A DNA stretch of 64,000 nt from an uncultured Spirochaetota bacterium (GTDB lineage: Bacteria > Spirochaetota > Brevinematia > Brevinematales > JAOACQ01), in contig CAVYGN010000002.1 in NCBI GenBank assembly GCA_963768055.1, forward strand, positions 834,268 through 898,267, given 5' to 3'. Shown one piece after another: positions 28,565-37,953 of this stretch (positions are counted from its first letter, which is position 1; each line of letters starts with the position of its first letter). A program made the translations under genes and the position numbers. A model generated the notes under the pieces. It had not been told where the DNA came from. It did not search any database and was given only the letters and a program-made list of their open reading frames with translations.

Positions 28565-29964
28565 TGACGCGTTTTTTTAACAGTATGACGAGGCGGATCG
28601 AGGATTTCATACCAATTAATAAAGGCCAGGTAAAGCTTTATACATGCGGGCCTACGGTTTATAATACGCCTCATATCGGAAACCTCAGGACTTTTATGTT
28701 CGAGGACCTCCTCCACAGATGGCTTCTTTACCGGGGTTATACGGTTCATCATGTTATGAATATCACCGACGTGGATGATAAAACCATTAAGAATTCCATC
28801 AGTAAAAATATGAGTTTGAGTGATTATACGGATATTTATAAGAAAGAGTTTTTCGATTCGTTAAAACAGCTTAACATAAAGCCCGCTGAAAATTATCCCG
28901 CCGCGACGGATTACATTCCGGATATGATAAAGATGATCGAAGGGCTCGTCGGGAAGGGATACGCTTACGAGACTGAGGACGGGGTGTATTTCAAGGTGTC
29001 TTCTTTTAAGGATTACGGGAAACTGGCCCATATAGACAGGTCGGCCCTGCTAGCCGGCGCAAGCGGAAGGGTCAATAGCGACGAATATTCCAAGGATGAG
29101 ATCCCGGATTTTGCATTATGGAAAAAATGGACGAAAGAGGACGGGGAGGTCAGGTGGCCCTCGCCCTTCGGGGACGGGAGGCCCGGCTGGCATATAGAAT
29201 GTTCCGTGATGAGCATGAAGCTCCTGGGCTACCCTATAGATATGCATTGCGGAGGTGTCGACAACCTTTTCCCGCATCATGAGAATGAGATAGCCCAGAG
29301 CGAATCCTTTACCGGTTCTAAATTCGTGAATTACTGGATGCATTCCGTCCACCTCCTCGTCGACGGCGAAAAGATGTCCAAATCGAAGGGAAATTTTTAC
29401 ACTATAAAAGACCTGGCCGGCAAAGGCTATACATGCAGAGCGCTAAGATACGCGCTGCTGGGGGCTCATTACAGGAAGCCCCTTAATTTTACCTTCGATC
29501 TCCTGAAGCAGGCCGATTCCTCGCTTAAAAGGATCGACGATTTCGTTTTCGATCTTGGGAAAATTACCGGTAAAGGCAGTAAGGGCGAGGATTTATCCGG
29601 GGCCCTGGAAAAGGCCTCAGCCGGTTTCGAGGCCGCGCTCGACGACGACCTGAACATATCGGAAGGGCTTTCCTCCCTTTTCGGGCTTATAACTTATTAT
29701 TACGAACATAAAAGCTCGGCCGCAGTGAAAAACGCCGAAGAGATAACCGCATGGCTTAAAAGGATAGACAATGTCCTCGGTTTTATACAGACCGGGGGGG
29801 AAGTCTCTCTGACCGATGAAGAGGAAGAAATGATCAGGCAGAGGACTCTGGCCAGGAAGAACGGCGAATATAAAAAAGCAGACGAGATAAGGGATAAGCT
29901 GCTTGGAGCGGGGATAGAGGTCAGGGACACCAAGGACGGCTCGGTGTGGAAGAAGATCAGGTAA
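28561..29964 (+). CDS. cysS: Cysteine--tRNA ligase
   Basis: HIGN (class I HIGH variant) and KMSKS motifs, CGPTVY. Overlaps the ABC-F stop by 4 nt. Confidence 0.9.
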   Translation: MMTRFFNSMTRRIEDFIPINKGQVKLYTCGPTVYNTPHIGNLRTFMFEDLLHRWLLYRGYTVHHVMNITDVDDKTIKNSISKNMSLSDYTDIYKKEFFDSLKQLNIKPAENYPAATDYIPDMIKMIEGLVGKGYAYETEDGVYFKVSSFKDYGKLAHIDRSALLAGASGRVNSDEYSKDEIPDFALWKKWTKEDGEVRWPSPFGDGRPGWHIECSVMSMKLLGYPIDMHCGGVDNLFPHHENEIAQSESFTGSKFVNYWMHSVHLLVDGEKMSKSKGNFYTIKDLAGKGYTCRALRYALLGAHYRKPLNFTFDLLKQADSSLKRIDDFVFDLGKITGKGSKGEDLSGALEKASAGFEAALDDDLNISEGLSSLFGLITYYYEHKSSAAVKNAEEITAWLKRIDNVLGFIQTGGEVSLTDEEEEMIRQRTLARKNGEYKKADEIRDKLLGAGIEVRDTKDGSVWKKIR

Positions 29965-30160
29965 TATTCAATTCCATGAATATTTCTGCTAAATCATTAT
30001 CATTATATTTCGGGATTTCATTAAACCCGTATTTTTTAAATATTGTTCTGGCTTTAAGAGATTTTTTCTTGTATCCATTAGGGGTATAAAAACATCACTT
30101 TACGGCCCTTTGCAGTGAGTTTCAATCTCTGCTATAATTTATAACGATTTTACATAAAAA

Positions 30161-30273
30161 TGTCGTTTCGAGGATAACAGCCCTTAAAAGGGCTGTATGA
30201 TGAGAAATCTTTCTTCGGAGAAGATTTCTCCCCGCCCCTTTGGGGCGGGATAAACCCTTCGATCGAAATGACA
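30161..30273 (+). repeat. Intergenic TIR-flanked structured element, copy A (full, 113 nt)
   Basis: Ends tgtcgtttcg...cgaaatgaca are inverted repeats. Internal hairpins cagccc-ttaaaa-gggctg, gagaaatct-ttcttcgg-agaagatttctc and ccgccc-cttt-gggcgg. Homologous to copy B at 63316-63417. Confidence 0.6.
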
Positions 30274-31005
30274 AGGGGGTATAGAACGAGATACTTTATC
30301 GCCTTAACCGGCGGGCTTATCACTTTCATATCCCCTTGCGTTTTGCCGCTTGTACCTGTATATATCGCCTATGTTTCAGGCGTTTCCGTGACCGAACTTG
30401 AGACGGGTTCAAAAGAAAAACCCGTATTCAGGATATTTTTAAACACCCTTTTTTTCGTGGCCGGATTTTCAATTGTTTTCAGCGCCCTTGCCGCGTTATT
30501 GTTCATATTTTTACAGTTTCTCGGGCCTTACAAGGTTTGGCTTAACAGGCTGGCGGGGTTTGCGATAATAATCTTCGGCCTGCAGATGACGGGGGTCCTG
30601 AAATTATCCTTTTTGAACCGGGAGGCGAGGTTCAGCCCTGTCAGAAAGAAAACTTCTCCTGTTTCATCTTTTATAATAGGCGCGGCTTTCGGGGGCGGCT
30701 GGACGCCATGCGTGGGGCCGGTATTAAGTTCGATCCTTTTCACTTCGGCCTCCGGAAAGGGGGGAGCGGCGACTCCGGTGCTTCTTCTGCTGACATATTC
30801 GGCGGGTCTGGGAGTTCCCTTCATTCTCACGGGCATTTTAACAGGAAGCCTGCTTTCAGTGATGGGTGCGGTAAAAAAACATTACAGGGCGGTTGAAATT
30901 ATCAGCGGCCTCTTTCTGATAGCCCTGGGATTATTGCTAGCGACGGATTATATGGGCTATGTTTCAGGGTTGTTCTCTCAGTTAATTCCAGGCTTAAACG
31001 TTTAA
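30268..31005 (+). CDS. ccdA: Cytochrome c-type biogenesis / thiol-disulfide transporter CcdA (DsbD-family membrane protein)
   Basis: FISPCVLPLVPVYIAYV and second conserved Cys in GGWTPCVGPVL. Six TM helices. Confidence 0.75.
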   Translation: MTRGYRTRYFIALTGGLITFISPCVLPLVPVYIAYVSGVSVTELETGSKEKPVFRIFLNTLFFVAGFSIVFSALAALLFIFLQFLGPYKVWLNRLAGFAIIIFGLQMTGVLKLSFLNREARFSPVRKKTSPVSSFIIGAAFGGGWTPCVGPVLSSILFTSASGKGGAATPVLLLLTYSAGLGVPFILTGILTGSLLSVMGAVKKHYRAVEIISGLFLIALGLLLATDYMGYVSGLFSQLIPGLNV

Positions 31006-31018
31006 CTATGCCGGATCG

Positions 31019-32983
31019 TTATGCCTTCGGCTTGTCTTCCTTAACCGGGGCTTTAAAACCCTGTCTGTTCAAATACTGCATTAATGTTGCCGCAAGCCCG
31101 TCCGCCGACGATACATTATCGCCCGATACCATAATATTCGGAACAAAAGAAAGCCCCTTTTCGGCAAGTACCGTGACTGCGTTTACAAATGCCGTCTGTT
31201 CGCTTCCAAGCGCCTCCGCCTGCTCACGGAAGGCTTTTGCCCTGGCCATTCCGACCGCTTCAACCTCAGCCCCCTTTGCGGAACCTGTCTGACGGATATA
31301 AGTGGATTCGCCGTCGGCTTCGGCTTTTCTTGCGGTTGCATCGTTAGTTTTAATGTCCACTCCAACTTTGGAGCGGGCAAGTTCGCTCTGCATATCGGCG
31401 GTGCCTTTCGCATTTTCCATGGATATTCTCTGGTCCTGCGAATCTTTCTGGCGCTTGTAGGTCTCTATCTCCTGGTTCGCGATTTCACGCTCTGTCAATA
31501 CCCGGACCAGGGTTTCAGGCAGGATCACATCCTGTATGTAGACGCCCTTTGTTTCTATCTCATACTGGTTCAATTGCTCCCTGATATGGTCGAAGGCTTC
31601 CTCCTGGACCTGCTGGCGGGTTTCGATAAAACGGATGGCGGGCATGCTCTGGAGCTTGTCGCGGAAGTGGTTCCCGACAGCGGCCTGAAGGACTTCATTT
31701 ACAAGGTTCTGAATGGTGCCGACGATCGATATCACCCTGGGTGCTTTTGTGTCGGGCACATGTATCTGGACCTGAAGGTCGATGTTGAATATGAATCCTT
31801 CACGGCTTTTCGCCTCGATCGACTTAAGAGCTGCATCGAGCCGGTGGGCCGAAGAGGTGGCTTCCGCCCAGTTCAGGGTAAGGATGAAGGTTGGGACGAT
31901 TTCAGCCTCATAGCAGCGCGGGTTGATCGGATATTTCCCTGTCCTGAGAGGTTCCTGCCATATGCCGCGGTGGCCCGGCCTTACAAGCGATCCGAATTTG
32001 AATTCCTCGCCGGAAATATCTTCAGTAGGAAGCCCCACATAAGATTTAATTACCGCGACCTGCCCCTGTTCGACTACAAGCATCGGGACGATCTCAACGC
32101 TGACCAGAAAAGGGTTAAGGTTGTATGCTCCGTACATTAGCGGGTCATGCTGCAGCCCGATCTTCCCCCCATGGTCTAAAAAAGCCTGGAAGTCCTGGTA
32201 GTTATTGTGCAGGTTGTTTTTATTTCCAAAAATGAGTTCCATCAGCCTCGAATCGGTTTCTTTTTTCTTTTCCATTTCGAGAACATCCGCATAACCCCCC
32301 AGGCGGCTGGCTATATCGCCAGATGGCAGAGGGTCGCCTTCATAAGTGGTTACGATGCCTATCATATCCATTGTTTTCCCGCTGGAGATAGGCTTTGGTT
32401 CGATACGGAGGACCTGGAGCTGCTGGGATTTGAGTCCGAAAGCCTCGGGCGTCAGTCCTTCTTTCCTGGATAAAGATTCCAGTTCCGGGGATATGGGAAG
32501 TCCGAAAACATTATCCTTTGTAATGATCAAAAACGCGACCGGATGGACCGGTATAAGAGTTCCCGGCGGTAACGTAGGACGCTGAACTCCTTTCTGCCCG
32601 CCGTTTTTAATGAAGTTCTGCAGGTTGCTGAAATTGCCGAGTTCTTTTTTATAGATTGCGGTTTTTGCTCCGACAGGCAGGGGTTCGCCGACCTGTGCGA
32701 TTACAACGCCTATCTGCCCGGCGGGAATCTGGACCCAGGGGTATTTGATGACCCTGTATAAAATCCACAGCTTGAAACGGATACCCGGCATCATCAAAGC
32801 GGCCTGGTATCCTGCTTCGCCGCGGAACGCGACGGGGTTGCCCTCGGCAAGCCTTCTAAATGAAAAGCGTTTGATGATGAGGCCGACCTCGGTAGGCCCG
32901 ATGAGGCGTAGCGATGGGAAAAATAAAATGACTACCAGACCTATGATTATGTATATAAGCCAGGCCGTATTTTCCGGATTCAT
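31019..32983 (-). CDS. Flotillin-like SPFH/band-7 domain membrane protein
   Basis: N-terminal TM, SPFH domain, long Ala/Glu-rich flotillin-type coiled-coil C-terminus (EAEAVGMARAKAFREQAEALGSEQ). Confidence 0.75.
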   Translation of the reverse strand: MNPENTAWLIYIIIGLVVILFFPSLRLIGPTEVGLIIKRFSFRRLAEGNPVAFRGEAGYQAALMMPGIRFKLWILYRVIKYPWVQIPAGQIGVVIAQVGEPLPVGAKTAIYKKELGNFSNLQNFIKNGGQKGVQRPTLPPGTLIPVHPVAFLIITKDNVFGLPISPELESLSRKEGLTPEAFGLKSQQLQVLRIEPKPISSGKTMDMIGIVTTYEGDPLPSGDIASRLGGYADVLEMEKKKETDSRLMELIFGNKNNLHNNYQDFQAFLDHGGKIGLQHDPLMYGAYNLNPFLVSVEIVPMLVVEQGQVAVIKSYVGLPTEDISGEEFKFGSLVRPGHRGIWQEPLRTGKYPINPRCYEAEIVPTFILTLNWAEATSSAHRLDAALKSIEAKSREGFIFNIDLQVQIHVPDTKAPRVISIVGTIQNLVNEVLQAAVGNHFRDKLQSMPAIRFIETRQQVQEEAFDHIREQLNQYEIETKGVYIQDVILPETLVRVLTEREIANQEIETYKRQKDSQDQRISMENAKGTADMQSELARSKVGVDIKTNDATARKAEADGESTYIRQTGSAKGAEVEAVGMARAKAFREQAEALGSEQTAFVNAVTVLAEKGLSFVPNIMVSGDNVSSADGLAATLMQYLNRQGFKAPVKEDKPKA

Positions 32984-33154
32984 AAAGCCCTCCTGTGTTA
33001 ATTTAATAATTATATAACGATTAGATCGATTATTCCAATATATTTCTTTTGAACTGGTCTATTGCATAATTTTTCCTGTTGAACTAAAATAATCAGCACC
33101 CTGGGGGCGTTTATATATTTCAAAAAATATAATATTTGATAAAAGGAGTTCGTT

Positions 33155-34309
33155 ATGAAAAAACTTTTATGCTTATTGCCGGTTCTGGCTGCTATGGTCG
33201 GTTTTATGCCGGTTTTATCCTTTTCCGCGGATAATACGATCAAAATCGGAGCAATTTTTTCTGTAACCGGCCCCGCGGCTTACCTTGGCGCGCCGGAGTC
33301 AAAAACAGCGGTCATGCTTGTTGGTGAAATCAACAATAACGGCGGCATTAACGGAATGAAAGTCGAGCTGATAATAAAGGATTCAGGCGGAAGTCCGGAG
33401 AAAGCCGTATCCTTTGCGAAACAGCTTATAGAAGAGGACAAAGTCGTAGCTATTATCGGCCCTACAACAAGCGGTGAATCGCTGGCTATTAAAGACCTTT
33501 GCGAGAAAATGAAAATGCCCTTATTTTCCTGCGCCGCCGCAGAAAAGATTGTCAATCCTGTCGCTCATTATGTTTTTAAAACCCCTCAGAATGACAGCAT
33601 TGTTGTTAAATGGATTTATGAAACAATGAAAAAGAAGGGCATCAAAAAGATAGCGGTTGTTGCGTCCAACACAGGCTTCGGCAACGGAGGGATGGACCAG
33701 CTTAAAAAATATGCCGCCGAATACGGTATTACTATAGTCATATCTGAGACCTACGATAAAGATTCGACAGACCTTACGGCCTTGCTGACAAAGGTTAAAT
33801 CGACAGATGCGGAAGCTCTGGTAAACTGGTCGATCGAACCTGCCCAATCCATTGTAGCTAAAAACCTTAGGCAGCTCAACATGACAATGCCTCTATTCCA
33901 GAGCCATGGATTCGGCAACATTAAATATGTCGAAGCGGCAGGCGAAGCCGCGGAAGGCATAATATTTCCATGCGGAAGGCTGTTAGTTGCTGAAGAACTT
34001 CCCGATTCGAATCCCCAGAAGAAGATCCTTGTGGCATATAAAACAGAATATGAAAAGAAATACGGCGAACAGGTAAGCACATTCGGCGGCCATGCCTATG
34101 ATGCGATTCTTATCCTCAAAACAGCCATTGAGAACGCAAAAAGTACCGACAGGGATAAAATCGTCGACACCGTTGAAAATCTCAAGGGCCTGCCGGGTAC
34201 TGCCGGAATATTTAACTTTTCACCGGAAGACCACAATGGCCTTTCAATGGATGCCATTGTTATGCTGACCGTTAAGAATGGAAAATTTACCCTATATAAG
34301 GACAAATAA
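33155..34309 (+). CDS. Branched-chain amino acid-type ABC transporter substrate-binding protein (LivJ/K family)
   Basis: Signal peptide. IKIGAIFSVTGPAAYLGAPE, AIIGPTTSG are Peripla_BP_6 hallmarks. Confidence 0.8.
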   Translation: MKKLLCLLPVLAAMVGFMPVLSFSADNTIKIGAIFSVTGPAAYLGAPESKTAVMLVGEINNNGGINGMKVELIIKDSGGSPEKAVSFAKQLIEEDKVVAIIGPTTSGESLAIKDLCEKMKMPLFSCAAAEKIVNPVAHYVFKTPQNDSIVVKWIYETMKKKGIKKIAVVASNTGFGNGGMDQLKKYAAEYGITIVISETYDKDSTDLTALLTKVKSTDAEALVNWSIEPAQSIVAKNLRQLNMTMPLFQSHGFGNIKYVEAAGEAAEGIIFPCGRLLVAEELPDSNPQKKILVAYKTEYEKKYGEQVSTFGGHAYDAILILKTAIENAKSTDRDKIVDTVENLKGLPGTAGIFNFSPEDHNGLSMDAIVMLTVKNGKFTLYKDK

Positions 34310-34345
34310 GTTACAGTCTGAATTTTGTTGATTTAGAATCCGGAT

Positions 34346-35410
34346 ATGAGTTTTGATTTATTTCTTCAGTATTTTTTTTCAGGCTTGACCTACGGATGCA
34401 TCTATGCAATAGCGGCGATAGGGTTTAATATTATCTATAACTCCACGGGAATAATAAATTTCGCACAGGGCGAGTTTGTTATGCTCGGCGGCATGATTGC
34501 GTTTACATTTTCTCAATTTATGCCTCTCACCGCCGCTATCTCGATCGCCGTTATCATTACCGCTTTAATCGGTTCGATCATAGAATTTATTTTTATTCGA
34601 AGCATTTACAGATTGACCCTCTTTCACCTGAACATATTCGCGGCAGGCCTTGCAATACTTTGCGCATCGGTTATCTTCGATAGCATTATAGCCGAAGTCA
34701 TTTCCATTATTTCGGTCCTCTCGATAGTAAACTGCCTGTGGATATTTTCAAAAAAAATCCGTAATTTCGCCGGGAAAGTCCATAAACCTTCAGTTCTGCA
34801 GATGATTATTATAACTATCGGGCTTTCGATAATCCTTCGTGAAATCGCGCTCCATATCTGGGGAGAACAGGTGAGGACTATTCCCTATTTTACGGGCAAT
34901 GAAGTAACATCGATAAATATTATGGGGGCTTACTTTTCCCCCCAGATAATATGGGTCCTTTGCATAACAGCCCTTATAGTGGCCGGGCTTTCACTGTTTT
35001 TCAAGTTCTCAATTACAGGCCAGGCGATGCGCGGGTGTTCCGCCAGCAGGGAGGGTGCGCAGCTCTGCGGGATAAATACTCGATTTATGATAAACCTGTC
35101 TTTTGCACTCAGCGCGGGGATAGGTGCCCTGGCCGGCTGCGCTGTTGCGCCGCTTACCCAGACGCATTACGATATAGGGACAGACCTTGCCGTAAAAGGC
35201 TTTACCGTAGCCGTATTGGGAGGGCTGGGTAACAGTTACGGAGCAGTATTTGCCGGGCTTTTCCTTGGAATACTCGAGGCTTATACGATAACTATTTACC
35301 CTGAAGCGTATAAAGGGGTAATAACAATTATAATATTGTTAATTGTACTGTTTATCCGGCCTAACGGAATTTTTGGTTCAAGGAATATAAGTTCGTTAAA
35401 GGAATATTAA
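34346..35410 (+). CDS. Liv-type ABC transporter permease (LivH-like) with an extra internal hydrophobic insert
   Basis: The GLTYGCIYAIAAIGFNIIYNSTGIINFAQGEF N-terminus is canonical LivH. At 354 aa it is about 50 aa longer than usual. Confidence 0.8.
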   Translation: MSFDLFLQYFFSGLTYGCIYAIAAIGFNIIYNSTGIINFAQGEFVMLGGMIAFTFSQFMPLTAAISIAVIITALIGSIIEFIFIRSIYRLTLFHLNIFAAGLAILCASVIFDSIIAEVISIISVLSIVNCLWIFSKKIRNFAGKVHKPSVLQMIIITIGLSIILREIALHIWGEQVRTIPYFTGNEVTSINIMGAYFSPQIIWVLCITALIVAGLSLFFKFSITGQAMRGCSASREGAQLCGINTRFMINLSFALSAGIGALAGCAVAPLTQTHYDIGTDLAVKGFTVAVLGGLGNSYGAVFAGLFLGILEAYTITIYPEAYKGVITIIILLIVLFIRPNGIFGSRNISSLKEY

Positions 35411-35411
35411 T

Positions 35412-36464
35412 ATGGATCTCAAGCGCTATGGACTGGCCGGAATTTTAGCGGCGGCTGTAATATTATTACCCCTGGCCACTTCTCTTTTCGGCGTTAATTT
35501 TTATCTCACCCAGCTTACAATGTCGGCTTATTATATAGTAGCTGCGCTGGGACTTTGCGTGCTTATGGGCTATGCCGGGCAGATATCCCTTGGACAGGCG
35601 GCTTTTTTCGCTATCGGCGGGTATACTTCCGCTTTAATCACGACTTTGAATTTTATCGAATATTCCAGGGTCCCTATTGTCAAATTCTTAAGCGCGGCGG
35701 GTTTCCTCCTGCAGGGTAATAGTATTTACGGCGATAAAGTTCTTTATCTTTCCTCCTGGATAGGATTTGCCTCGGCTTTGATTTTAACGGCTTTAATCGC
35801 GTTTCTTATAGGAATACCGGTATTAAAGCTTAAGGGGCACTACCTGGCCATGGCCACGCTCGGTTTCGGAGTTATAATTGAAAAAATCGTACGAGGAACC
35901 AAGTTGTTCGGCGGTGCTGACGGAATAACAAATGTTCCGGCTTTCATCATTATGCCGGGGCTTACTGTAAGTTCGGAAATGCAGGACAGGATTATCAATT
36001 ATTTTATAGCCTGGTTTATTATTATTTTAGTCATGGTACTGCTTAACAATTTAACCGATTCCAGGGCGGGAAGAGCTATGCGTGCACTTCATGGAAATGA
36101 AGACGCCGCCCTGTCGATGGGAATAAACACATCACGGTACAAAATATATGCGTTTGTGATCGGAGCCGTTTTAGCGGCTGCTGCGGGAATAATGGAAACC
36201 CATTATAACGGGAGCATAGGGCCGGGAGAAGCCAGTGTAATGAAATCCGTAAGGTATGCGGCTATAGTGGCTCTCGGCGGAAAGGACAATCTTTGGGGGA
36301 CTCTCGCCTTCGGGCTGATACTTAATTTTTTGTCGCTCAGGGGGGTGTTCGGGAGTTTTGACGACGCTGTATTCGGGGCGGTCCTTATCCTTGTGATGAT
36401 CTTTGCCCCCGACGGTTTCAAATTTATAAAAAAAAATGAGGGCAAGATAGATGCGGCATCTTGA
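35412..36464 (+). CDS. Liv-type ABC transporter permease (LivM-like)
   Basis: LMGYAGQISLGQAAFFAIGGY motif. Multiple TM helices. Confidence 0.8.
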   Translation: MDLKRYGLAGILAAAVILLPLATSLFGVNFYLTQLTMSAYYIVAALGLCVLMGYAGQISLGQAAFFAIGGYTSALITTLNFIEYSRVPIVKFLSAAGFLLQGNSIYGDKVLYLSSWIGFASALILTALIAFLIGIPVLKLKGHYLAMATLGFGVIIEKIVRGTKLFGGADGITNVPAFIIMPGLTVSSEMQDRIINYFIAWFIIILVMVLLNNLTDSRAGRAMRALHGNEDAALSMGINTSRYKIYAFVIGAVLAAAAGIMETHYNGSIGPGEASVMKSVRYAAIVALGGKDNLWGTLAFGLILNFLSLRGVFGSFDDAVFGAVLILVMIFAPDGFKFIKKNEGKIDAAS

Positions 36465-37215
36465 AATAAAGGAATTGAATAAACATTTCGGCGGCCTGCA
36501 TGCCCTCGACAGGGTGAGTTTTAATGTCAGGGAGGGCATCATAAAGTCTGTTATAGGCCCGAACGGCGCAGGCAAGACCACGTTGTTCAACCTCATTTCG
36601 GGAGTTATACCCGCAGATTCGGGCCGTGTTAAATACAGGGGGGAGAATATAACGAATTATAGGCCTTATCAAATCGCTTCAAGGGGGATTATAAGGACCT
36701 TTCAGAATTTAAAATTATTTCCCCGTATGACAGTGCTTGAAAATGTGATGGTCGGCAGGCATATCCGTTCGTCCGCCGGGCTTTTCTCAGCCTTCCTCGG
36801 ACTTCCCGGGGGCAGGAAGGAGGAAAAATCTATAAAGGAAGAGGCGCAGAAGGCCATTGAACTGCTGGGTTTGAAAGATGTTTGGTCTAAAGACGCTTCA
36901 AGCCTCCCCTTCGGTACTCAGCGGTCTGTCGAGCTTGCCAGGGCTATTGTAGCGGAACCCGGCCTGATGCTCCTGGACGAACCCGCATCGGGACTTAATA
37001 TTTATGAAACTAAAAAGCTATCGGAGCTTATTTTAAAGATCCGGGGTATGGGGGTAACCATATTGCTTGTGGAGCATGATATGTCGGTCGTTATGGACAT
37101 ATCCGACGAGATTGCAGTATTGAATTTCGGGAAAAAGATAGCCGAAGGAAAACCGAACGAGATACAGTTAAATAAAGAAGTTATAAAAATATATCTTGGC
37201 GAAGAAAATGCTTAA
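36451..37215 (+). CDS. Liv-type ABC transporter ATP-binding protein (LivG-like)
   Basis: Walker A GPNGAGKTT, signature, Walker B LLLDEPASG. Confidence 0.85.
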   Translation: MRHLEIKELNKHFGGLHALDRVSFNVREGIIKSVIGPNGAGKTTLFNLISGVIPADSGRVKYRGENITNYRPYQIASRGIIRTFQNLKLFPRMTVLENVMVGRHIRSSAGLFSAFLGLPGGRKEEKSIKEEAQKAIELLGLKDVWSKDASSLPFGTQRSVELARAIVAEPGLMLLDEPASGLNIYETKKLSELILKIRGMGVTILLVEHDMSVVMDISDEIAVLNFGKKIAEGKPNEIQLNKEVIKIYLGEENA

Positions 37216-37942
37216 AATAAGAAACCTTGAATCGGGATATGGCGGATTAAGGGTTTTAAAGGGAATATCCCTGCATGTCTCGCCGGGAGAGATAGTCGCT
37301 ATTATAGGGTCGAACGGCGCGGGAAAATCGACTTTATTAAATACGATATCGGGCCTGGTCGACATTTTCGCGGGAAGTCTGCATTACAGGGAAAGGGATA
37401 TATCGAATCTTACTCCCGACAGAATAGTCTCGTTAGGCCTAACACTCGTGGCCGAGGGTAGAAAATTATTCTCACCCATGACTGTAAAGGAAAATCTTAC
37501 TCTCGGCGGTTATATTTTACATAAAAAGAGGAATATAAAAAAATTTAAAGAAGAACTGTCCCGGATTTACGCCTTATTACCGGTTCTAAAAGAAAGGGAA
37601 AACCAGCTCGCAGGGACGCTGTCCGGAGGCGAACAGCAAATGCTTGCAATAGGGAGGGCTCTCATGAGCGGTCCCAGCATGATCATGATGGATGAGCCTT
37701 CCCTCGGACTTGCTCCGCTTATTATAAAAGATATATTCAATGTTATCAGCAGGCTCAGGGAAGAGGGGAAAACTGTTCTTGTAGTAGAACAGAACGCTAA
37801 GGCTATATTGAAGATCGCGGACAGGGGATATGTAATGGAGACAGGTAGCCTTATCCTGGAAGGTACAAGCCGGGAACTTCTTAATAACCGGGATGTTCAG
37901 CGGGCTTATCTGGGCAAGGAATATAAATCCATCGCCGATTAA
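37196..37942 (+). CDS. Liv-type ABC transporter ATP-binding protein (LivF-like)
   Basis: Walker A GSNGAGKST, LSGGEQQML signature, MMDEPSLGL. Confidence 0.85.
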   Translation: MAKKMLKIRNLESGYGGLRVLKGISLHVSPGEIVAIIGSNGAGKSTLLNTISGLVDIFAGSLHYRERDISNLTPDRIVSLGLTLVAEGRKLFSPMTVKENLTLGGYILHKKRNIKKFKEELSRIYALLPVLKERENQLAGTLSGGEQQMLAIGRALMSGPSMIMMDEPSLGLAPLIIKDIFNVISRLREEGKTVLVVEQNAKAILKIADRGYVMETGSLILEGTSRELLNNRDVQRAYLGKEYKSIAD

Positions 37943-37953
37943 GGAGGCCTAAA

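Noticed and set aside
34951-35232. 93-aa plus-strand alternative-frame ORF inside the LivH-like permease gene
   Set aside because: It lies wholly within a supported membrane-protein gene in another frame. Its Arg/Cys-rich product is characteristic of out-of-frame reading of GC-richer codons.
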